The notes below the pieces were generated by a model. The model searched no databases and had not been told where the DNA came from. It saw nothing but the letters and a program-made list of their open reading frames with translations. The translations under genes were made by a program, and so were the position numbers. This document shows positions 57,405 to 64,000 of a DNA stretch of 64,000 bases, piece by piece. This DNA is from an uncultured Ruminococcus sp. (GTDB lineage: Bacteria > Bacillota > Clostridia > Oscillospirales > CAG-272), in assembly GCA_964624685.1 (NCBI GenBank), contig CAZUYA010000001.1:7744-71743 (forward strand), read 5' to 3'. The stretch's first letter is position 1; each line of letters opens with the position of its first letter.

Positions 57405-58412
57405 GTGACGTTGAACGAGTTATACTATAAAAAAGTGATTTCCTCTATCGGATGGACATTGGTGATTTGGTGGGGATTGATACAAGGGTTTGGTGTCTTG
57501 CTGGTTTTGTTGCAGTTTCTATTGTCTGTTTTCTCTCCTTCCGAAGTTGTTTCCAATGTTGTATATCAGCTGATTTATGCGGCAGGGTATTTGACTGTTT
57601 TTCTGTTGCCGGTCTGTTTTTTACGCTTGTTTCTGAAAGGAAACGGTTGTCCTCCGCAACCCATGCGACTTTCTCCAAGTCCGTCACCGTGGTTGCCGCT
57701 GTTTGTTTTTGCCGGTTTGGTAAGTTGCTTGTCGGCAACTCAACTCAATGCGGCGTTGGTTTCCGTGCTTGATTTTTCTTCTTTTCTGTCGGAAAATCTT
57801 TTGGATGGAACGGAAAACATGGAACCTTATGAAATTGTTCTTCATTGGATTGTGATTTCGATTATTCCCGGATTTTGTGAAGAATTTTTGTTTCGCGGTG
57901 CCATATTGGAGAATTGTTTACCGTTCGGTCGTTCCAAAGCTGTTTTTATCAGTGCTTTTCTTTTTTCCATGATGCATCAAAATCCGGAACAATTATTTTA
58001 TACGTTTGTGGCGGGTATCGTTCTGGGATTGCTCTACGAATGGACGGGTAGCATTTGGTGCGGTATCGTTGTTCATCTGTTGAATAATTTTGTTTCACTA
58101 TTGGAAACCGTTTTTTACAATGGTGCCGGAAACAGTGCAGAGAGGTCAATGATGTTGTTTCTGTTGGAAGGAACCATCTATTTCCTTGGTATTCTATCGG
58201 TCTGCATCTTGATTTTTCGCTTCCTTCCACAAAAAGCAAAATGGCAGGATGGCTTTTTCGGAAGAGAATTGCCGGCGACGGATTCTTATGCGCAGTACCC
58301 GGTGGACGAAGCAGGTAGCATTCGATTGTTTTGTACACCTTCCATGCTCTTGTTTTTGGGATTGTGTGTGTTGCAAACGGTCGCTTTGATTTTAATGACA
58401 GTGGGGATGTGA
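57405..58412 (+). CDS. CPBP family intramembrane glutamic endopeptidase (CAAX protease-like)
   Basis: Motif 1 EEFLFRG, motif 2 FSMMHQ and motif 3 HLLNN. I prefer GTG 57405, which is 9 nt after AGGAGGG. ATG 57378 is an alternative. Confidence 0.85.
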   Translation: MTLNELYYKKVISSIGWTLVIWWGLIQGFGVLLVLLQFLLSVFSPSEVVSNVVYQLIYAAGYLTVFLLPVCFLRLFLKGNGCPPQPMRLSPSPSPWLPLFVFAGLVSCLSATQLNAALVSVLDFSSFLSENLLDGTENMEPYEIVLHWIVISIIPGFCEEFLFRGAILENCLPFGRSKAVFISAFLFSMMHQNPEQLFYTFVAGIVLGLLYEWTGSIWCGIVVHLLNNFVSLLETVFYNGAGNSAERSMMLFLLEGTIYFLGILSVCILIFRFLPQKAKWQDGFFGRELPATDSYAQYPVDEAGSIRLFCTPSMLLFLGLCVLQTVALILMTVGM

Positions 58413-58416
58413 TAGA

Positions 58417-58899
58417 ATGGAACAGCAATGGAAAACCGATGAAGATTGGATGCGGTTGGCACTGGAACAGGCACGATTGGCAGCCGCAAACGGAGAAGTT
58501 CCCGTAGGAGCTTTGGTCGTGCAGGACGGTCGGCTACTGTCAATAGCACACAATTGTTGTGAAGCGCGGAAAGATGCAACAGCACATGCCGAATGTCTGG
58601 CAATTTCCGAGGCATCCAAGCAAAAAGGAAGTTGGCGGCTTTCCGATTGTACTCTGTATGTTACCTTGGAGCCGTGTCCCATGTGTGCCGGTGCGGCAAT
58701 CAATTCCCGTATTTCAAAAATTATATACGGTGCGAAAAATCCGCGTGCCGGCTCCTGCGGAACCTTGATCCGTCTGCAGGATTATCCGTTAGAATCCTCA
58801 CCGGATTGTCGCGGCGGAATTTTGCAAGAGGAATGCCTTGCGGTATTACAAACGTTTTTTGAACAAAAAAGGCACCATGCCGGGAAAGAGGCAGACTGA
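58417..58899 (+). CDS. tadA: tRNA adenosine(34) deaminase
   Basis: Zinc motifs HAECLAI and PCPMCAGA. 160 aa. Confidence 0.93.
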   Translation: MEQQWKTDEDWMRLALEQARLAAANGEVPVGALVVQDGRLLSIAHNCCEARKDATAHAECLAISEASKQKGSWRLSDCTLYVTLEPCPMCAGAAINSRISKIIYGAKNPRAGSCGTLIRLQDYPLESSPDCRGGILQEECLAVLQTFFEQKRHHAGKEAD

Positions 58900-58950
58900 C
58901 GCTTTCCGGCTGTTTGATTTGATTATTTTTATGAAAGGTTGGTATTTCCA

Positions 58951-59955
58951 ATGTCCCGTGTTACGATTCCGAAAGATTATCATCCGTTTTTGAACTTTCG
59001 TCAAACCGAATTCGCCATTAAAAAAGTGAAAGACTTTTTTGAACGCGATCTTGCGGCACAACTCAATTTGTTGCGTGTTTCGGCACCGCTGTTTGTTTCT
59101 CCGGAGAGCGGCTTGAATGATAATCTGAACGGAGTGGAACGAACGGTCGGATTTGATCTTCTCGGCGGACAGGCGTTGGAAATCGTGCAGTCGTTGGCAA
59201 AATGGAAGCGTTATGCACTTAAAATGTACGATTTTCAACCGGGGGAAGGTCTTTATACCGATATGAATGCGATTCGTCGGGATGAGGAGACCGATAATAT
59301 TCATTCCGTTTACGTGGATCAATGGGACTGGGAAAAGATCATTACACGCGAGCAAAGATGTGAAGCGACTTTGCGTGATGCGGTAGAATGTATCTATCGT
59401 GCCTTACATCATACGGAAAATTATATTGTCAATGAATATGCTTTTATCGGGAAGTTGTTACCGGAACGTATCACATTTATCACGACGCAGGAATTGGAAG
59501 ATCGGTATCCGAACAAAACACCGAAAGAGCGGGAATATCTGGCATCAAAAGAGTATGGTGCGATTTTTTTGATGCAAATCGGCGGCAATTTGAAGAGCGG
59601 GGCACCGCATGACGGACGCGCTCCGGATTATGATGATTGGTCGTTAAACGGTGATATTATCGTATATTATCCGATCTTGGATATTGCATTGGAGTTGTCT
59701 TCTATGGGGATCCGCGTGGATGCCGAGACGTTGCATTGTCAATTGGAGGCGCGCGGCTGTACCGATCGAGAGCAACTGGCGTTTCATCAATCGCTTTTGA
59801 AGGGAGAATTGCCTTATACCATCGGCGGAGGGATCGGACAGTCTCGTTTGTGTATGTTCTTTTTGAGAAAAGCACACATTGGGGAAGTGCAATCTTCCTA
59901 TTGGTCGCCGGAGGAGCTTGCGCTCTGTCACAAAAACGGCGTATATTTGCTTTGA
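58951..59955 (+). CDS. asnA: Aspartate-ammonia ligase
   Basis: Collinear with E. coli AsnA as I recall it (HSLAKWKR-like SLAKWKRY, SVYVDQWDWE, RAPDYDDW, LSSMGIRVDA, TIGGGIGQSRL). Confidence 0.93.
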   Translation: MSRVTIPKDYHPFLNFRQTEFAIKKVKDFFERDLAAQLNLLRVSAPLFVSPESGLNDNLNGVERTVGFDLLGGQALEIVQSLAKWKRYALKMYDFQPGEGLYTDMNAIRRDEETDNIHSVYVDQWDWEKIITREQRCEATLRDAVECIYRALHHTENYIVNEYAFIGKLLPERITFITTQELEDRYPNKTPKEREYLASKEYGAIFLMQIGGNLKSGAPHDGRAPDYDDWSLNGDIIVYYPILDIALELSSMGIRVDAETLHCQLEARGCTDREQLAFHQSLLKGELPYTIGGGIGQSRLCMFFLRKAHIGEVQSSYWSPEELALCHKNGVYLL

Positions 59956-59990
59956 AGGATACTTGTTTTGATCAAATAAAGGAGCTGAAT

Positions 59991-61058
59991 TTGAAAAGTT
60001 TATTTCGTTTGTGTATGATAGGGCTGTTGTCCGTTGCCCTGTTGATCTTACCGGTTTCCTGCAGTCCCTCCGGAAGCGATGTCAGCGTTCGCGATTTAAC
60101 ATGGGCTGTCGGTGCGCCTTTGCCGCGGGCAGAGGATTTTGTTTCGGGTTTGCAGGACGGATATTCGGTACGGTATGCCGAGGAGTATTCCTTTGATTCT
60201 TTCCGAACCTATTCCTTGCAATTGATTTTGACCGCCCCGAACGGATGGGAAAGCAAATACAATGTGACTTTGACCTTGGTGCAAGATACAGAACCGCCGA
60301 CAATTGCCGGCTTGCGTGATTTGACTGCATATGTGGGCGGGGAAGGTGTTTCCTATCTTTCCGGTGTGATCACATCGGATAACTGTGACGGAAAGGTGAC
60401 GTTGCAGGTGGATTCTTCTGCTGTGGATTTGAAGCGGGAAGGGGTATATCCGGTTGTCTATACCGCAACGGATGCTGCCGGAAATGTCGCTGTGGTTCGT
60501 ATGACTGTTACGGTTTTGACACAGCAAATTACAAAAGAGATGTTGTATTCCGTTTTGGATGATGTGATCGATGATGTCATTGACGACGGAATGACGAAAA
60601 AGCAAAAATTGCGTGCAATCTATGATTATGTGTATGACCATGTATCCTATACGTCCATTGCCGACAAGAGCAGTTGGGTGAGTGCCGCATATGAAGGATT
60701 GACGACGGGAAGTGGAGATTGTTATACTTATTTTGCGTTGTCAAAGGCGTTTTTTGAGCGGTTGGGAATCGAAAATATGGATATGGAGCGGATGCAGAGT
60801 GCCGTTCTTTTGACAGGGGAACGACATTTTTGGAATTTGGTGAATCTCGGAACAACAGAGTCTCCGCAATGGTATCATTTTGACGCTTGTCATTTGAGCG
60901 GTTTATCCAAACCATGGGGATTTTTAATGACCGATGCGCAACTTCAGAATTATGCAAATGTGCGGGAAGGCTCCGGTACGGCTTCCGAACATTTTTATGA
61001 TTATGATACTTCGGCATATCCGGAGATTGCGTGGAAAACAATCACTTCTGTAGACTGA
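59991..61058 (+). CDS. Secreted protein or lipoprotein with an Ig-like (DUF5011-type) domain and a transglutaminase-like cysteine protease domain
   Basis: TTG 59991 follows an AAAGGAG RBS. The signal peptide ends in LPVSC. DTEPPTI...SDNCDG...YTATDAAGN is Ig-like. GSGDCYTYF...HFWN...YHFDA fits a Cys-His-Asp transglutaminase core. The part of the ORF-track model upstream of 59991 overlaps asnA. Confidence 0.75.
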   Translation: MKSLFRLCMIGLLSVALLILPVSCSPSGSDVSVRDLTWAVGAPLPRAEDFVSGLQDGYSVRYAEEYSFDSFRTYSLQLILTAPNGWESKYNVTLTLVQDTEPPTIAGLRDLTAYVGGEGVSYLSGVITSDNCDGKVTLQVDSSAVDLKREGVYPVVYTATDAAGNVAVVRMTVTVLTQQITKEMLYSVLDDVIDDVIDDGMTKKQKLRAIYDYVYDHVSYTSIADKSSWVSAAYEGLTTGSGDCYTYFALSKAFFERLGIENMDMERMQSAVLLTGERHFWNLVNLGTTESPQWYHFDACHLSGLSKPWGFLMTDAQLQNYANVREGSGTASEHFYDYDTSAYPEIAWKTITSVD

Positions 61059-61073
61059 ATGAAGGAGAATGGG

Positions 61074-62591
61074 ATGCAAACCAATATTTTGGAATACTTG
61101 GAAGCAACGGCACCGCGCTGTTTGAATAAGGTCGCATATTCGGACGGAACGTACGATATGTGTTTTTCGGAGCTGCTATCTTCTTCTCGCTCCATAGGCA
61201 GTGCGTTGTTACATGCCGGATATACAAAAGAGCCGATTGCGATTCTGATGAAAAAACACCCGAAAGAAGTGGCGGCGTTTTTCGGTACGGTTTATGCCGG
61301 CGGGTACTATGTGCCTTTGGATCCGGAGATGCCGACGGAGCGAATGAATTTGATTTTGCACAATGTCAGACCACGGTGTATTATTGCCGACCAAAAGTGT
61401 GCCGCATTGGCAGAGAACCTTGAATTTTCCGGTACGATCTTGCTGTATGACGAGCTTGTGCGGGAAGCCGCGGATGATGTTGCGTTGCGTTTTGTTCGTC
61501 TGCAACAGATCGACACCGATCCGCTTTACATCGTGTTTACATCCGGTTCCACCGGAGTTCCGAAAGGCGTGGTTGCCTGCCATCGTTCGGTTATTGACTA
61601 TGTGGAGGCTCTTTGTGAGACGCTTGGCTTTTCGGAGGAGACCGTATTTGCCAATCAGACACCGCTCTTTTTTGACGCGCCGCTCAAAGAGTTGATGCCC
61701 GTCATTAAGTTTGGTGCAACTGCTTACTTGGTTCCAAAAAAATATTTTTCTTTTCCGATGGCACTGTGTGACTTCCTCAATGCGCATCGTGTCAATACCG
61801 TTTGTTGGGTGGTTTCCGCATTGACTATGATTTCTTCCATGGGCGTTTTGGAAAAGAATCCGCCGCGCTACCTGCATACTGTTGCTTTTGGCAGTGAAGT
61901 GTTTCCTCGTCGGCAGTACGAGTTATGGAGATCTGCATTACCGAATGCTAAATTTTTTAATTTGTACGGTCCGACCGAAGCGACCGGTATGTCCTGCTAT
62001 TGGTATGCCGACCGTGTGTTGGATGCCGAGGAGCCGATTCCGATCGGAAGACCGTTCCGCAATACGGGATTGATGCTGTTGAAGGAAAACGGAGAAGCCG
62101 CATCGAACGGAGAAACGGGAGAGATCTGTTTGCGCGGAACTTGCGTAACGTTGGGGTATTACAACAATCCGGAGAAAACATCCGAGGCATTTGTGCAAAA
62201 TCCGTTGCAAAACGCATATCCGGAAGTCATATATCGAACCGGTGATTTGGGCTATATCAACCCACACAGCGAGCTGGTTTTTGTCGGACGTAGGGACGCG
62301 CAGATTAAGCATATGGGACATCGGATCGAGTTGGGCGAGATTGAAGCGATTGCCTCCAAGTGTGAGGGGGTGTCGCGTGCGTGTGCCGTTTACGATCGGG
62401 AGGTGCGACAGATTCGATTGTTCTTTACCGGGACGATGACCGCCGATGATTTGGTTGCGTTTTTGAAAAAGTATTTACCGCAGTATATGTTGCCGACCGA
62501 TTGCAGACATTTGGACGCCATGCCGTTGACACCAAACGGAAAACTGGATCGCCGTGCATTGGCAACGGAATTTTCAAAAGAATCTTTTTGA
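61074..62591 (+). CDS. Stand-alone amino-acid adenylation enzyme, DltA-like (ANL superfamily)
   Basis: Adenylation cores FTSGSTGVPKGV, NLYGPTEAT, YRTGDLG, GRRDAQIKHMGHRIELGEIE and PNGKLDRRAL. About 505 aa, the same size as DltA. GAAGGAG RBS 6 nt before ATG 61074. Confidence 0.85.
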   Translation: MQTNILEYLEATAPRCLNKVAYSDGTYDMCFSELLSSSRSIGSALLHAGYTKEPIAILMKKHPKEVAAFFGTVYAGGYYVPLDPEMPTERMNLILHNVRPRCIIADQKCAALAENLEFSGTILLYDELVREAADDVALRFVRLQQIDTDPLYIVFTSGSTGVPKGVVACHRSVIDYVEALCETLGFSEETVFANQTPLFFDAPLKELMPVIKFGATAYLVPKKYFSFPMALCDFLNAHRVNTVCWVVSALTMISSMGVLEKNPPRYLHTVAFGSEVFPRRQYELWRSALPNAKFFNLYGPTEATGMSCYWYADRVLDAEEPIPIGRPFRNTGLMLLKENGEAASNGETGEICLRGTCVTLGYYNNPEKTSEAFVQNPLQNAYPEVIYRTGDLGYINPHSELVFVGRRDAQIKHMGHRIELGEIEAIASKCEGVSRACAVYDREVRQIRLFFTGTMTADDLVAFLKKYLPQYMLPTDCRHLDAMPLTPNGKLDRRALATEFSKESF

Positions 62592-62620
62592 ATAAAATCG
62601 CGACTTCAAACCATTTTGCA

Positions 62621-62649
62621 TTGACAATTCGTGATTTTTATGTTATAAT
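62621..62649 (+). promoter_or_regulatory. Consensus sigma-A promoter of asnS
   Basis: TTGACA (62621-62626), a 17-nt spacer, then TGtTATAAT (-10 at 62644-62649). Confidence 0.7.
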
Positions 62650-62697
62650 TAAAAACAATAACGTTGCGGCGTTTCCGCAGAGACAAAGAGGTTGAAT

Positions 62698-64000
62698 ATG
62701 AAAAGAGAATTCATCAAAAGTATTTATCAGGATCAAAACGCATTCGACGGCAAAGAAGTGACCGTATGCGGTTGGGCAAGAAGCATTCGTGACAGTAAGG
62801 CGTTCGGCTTTATTGATCTGTATGACGGAAGCTGTTTTAAGACCTTGCAGGTGGTTTTTGAACGAGATAAAATTGCGAATTATGATGAGATTGCCAAATT
62901 GAATGTCGGCTCATCCGTTGTGGTACATGGCAGAGTGGAATTGACACCGGAGATGAAACAACCTTTTGAGTTAAAGGCATCGAAGATTGAGGTGGAGGGA
63001 ACATCGACGCCGGATTATCCGTTGCAAAAAAAGAGACATACGGTTGAGTATTTGCGTGAACAGGCATATCTGCGTCCGCGTACCAATCTTTTTTCGGCTG
63101 TTTTTCGCGTGCGGAGCGAGGTTGCATATGCGATCCATTCTTTTTTCCATGACCGCGGTTTTGTTTATGTGCATACACCGCTGATTACAGGATCCGATTG
63201 TGAGGGCGCGGGGGAAATGTTCCGCGTAACGACTATGGATTTGGAAAATCCTCCAAGACGAGAGGACGGAAGCATTGACTGGTCGCAAGACTTTTTCGGC
63301 AAAAGTACCAATTTGACTGTCTCCGGTCAATTGGAGGGAGAAACGTATGCCATGGCGTTTGGAAATATCTATACGTTCGGTCCGACCTTCCGCGCCGAAA
63401 ATTCCAATACGGCACGTCATGCCGCAGAATTTTGGATGATCGAGCCGGAGATCGCATTTGCCGATTTGAATGACAACATGCAACTGGCTTGGGATATGAT
63501 CCAGTATATCATCCGCCATGTTCTCAAGGCATGTGCACAGGAGTTGGAATTCTTTAACAGCTTTGTGGACAAAACTCTGTTGGAACGTCTCCATGCACTG
63601 GCGAACAGCGATTATCAAAAAGTCACGTACACCGATGCCGTCGAGTTGTTAAAACAGAGCGGTGCCGAGTTCAAATATCCAGTAGAATGGGGTTGCGATT
63701 TGCAAACCGAACATGAAAGATACTTGACCGAACAGATTTTTGGAAAACCGGTGTTCGTCATTGATTATCCGAAGGAGATCAAGTCTTTCTATATGCGTAT
63801 GAATGATGACGGAAAGACGGTTGCGGCGATGGATCTGCTGGTGCCGGGCGTCGGAGAGATCATCGGAGGAAGCCAAAGAGAAGAGCGTTTGGATGTTCTT
63901 CTTGCCCGCATGGAAGAGTGTCACCTCAAAGAGGAAGATTATTGGTGGTATGTCAATCTTCGGAAATACGGTGGAACCAAACATGCCGGTTACGGATTGG
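62698..64000 (+). CDS. asnS: Asparagine-tRNA ligase, 3' end outside window
   Basis: The frame is open from ATG 62698 to the window end, so it is absent from the ORF track for lack of a stop. [31 protein letters not shown] is an AsnRS N-terminus. Class II motifs [21 protein letters not shown] and GGSQRE are present. Confidence 0.92.
   Translation, partial: MKREFIKSIYQDQNAFDGKEVTVCGWARSIRDSKAFGFIDLYDGSCFKTLQVVFERDKIANYDEIAKLNVGSSVVVHGRVELTPEMKQPFELKASKIEVEGTSTPDYPLQKKRHTVEYLREQAYLRPRTNLFSAVFRVRSEVAYAIHSFFHDRGFVYVHTPLITGSDCEGAGEMFRVTTMDLENPPRREDGSIDWSQDFFGKSTNLTVSGQLEGETYAMAFGNIYTFGPTFRAENSNTARHAAEFWMIEPEIAFADLNDNMQLAWDMIQYIIRHVLKACAQELEFFNSFVDKTLLERLHALANSDYQKVTYTDAVELLKQSGAEFKYPVEWGCDLQTEHERYLTEQIFGKPVFVIDYPKEIKSFYMRMNDDGKTVAAMDLLVPGVGEIIGGSQREERLDVLLARMEECHLKEEDYWWYVNLRKYGGTKHAGYGL

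Noticed and set aside
59736-59990. N-terminal extensions of ORF-track models. This example overlaps the end of asnA. The same issue applies to the starts at 2082, 2399, 5030, 6728, 7035, 8827, 10993, 14894, 26038, 32528, 35618, 37541 and 54702.
   Set aside because: In each case an internal start has a proper RBS and gives the canonical family N-terminus. The extension overlaps the upstream gene, a promoter or a terminator.

Overview
The window looks like a chromosomal segment of a Firmicute, probably Clostridia-like. Supporting markers are polC, a spoVB-like flippase, a CIRCE-controlled hrcA-grpE-dnaK-dnaJ operon and a V-type ATPase. Almost all genes lie on the + strand. Core genes are roughly 47-55% G+C in the 60-nt samples I counted by hand.

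Gene order is as follows:
- 3' end of a Gx-transporter gene, then apbE and a hypothetical gene.
- A nine-gene V-type ATPase operon (G/H-like, I, K, E, C, F, A, B, D).
- A solitary type III Mod-like DNA methyltransferase abutting tRNA-Gly(CCC).
- An EamA transporter gene on the minus strand.
- A DhaS-like TetR regulator, a DUF308 membrane protein, fakB (DegV) and fakA (DAK2).
- A split 2-hydroxyacyl-CoA-dehydratase-like / double-activase pair, then plsY.
- A spoVB-like flippase (minus strand), rubredoxin, a pseudouridine synthase, tex and an orphan MsmK/UgpC-like ABC ATPase.
- An AT-rich barnase-barstar cassette bracketed by about 55-nt direct repeats, next to tRNA-Ser(CGA).
- A rhaB-like kinase, prs, hrcA-grpE-dnaK-dnaJ and prmA.
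- The pyrH-frr-uppS-cdsA-dxr-rseP-ispG-polC block.
- mecA (minus strand), a PHP phosphoesterase, nnr and a GH31 glycosidase.
- A CPBP protease, tadA, asnA, a transglutaminase-like lipoprotein, a stand-alone DltA-like adenylating enzyme and the 5' part of asnS.

I saw no rRNA, CRISPR array, transposase or integrase. The most unusual content is three items:
- The leaderless barnase/barstar module with its flanking repeats.
- The Res-less Mod-like methyltransferase, which has a compositionally foreign central region.
- The permuted dehydratase-like/activase pair embedded between the fak genes and plsY.

All functional calls come from motif recognition by eye. No database search was run.
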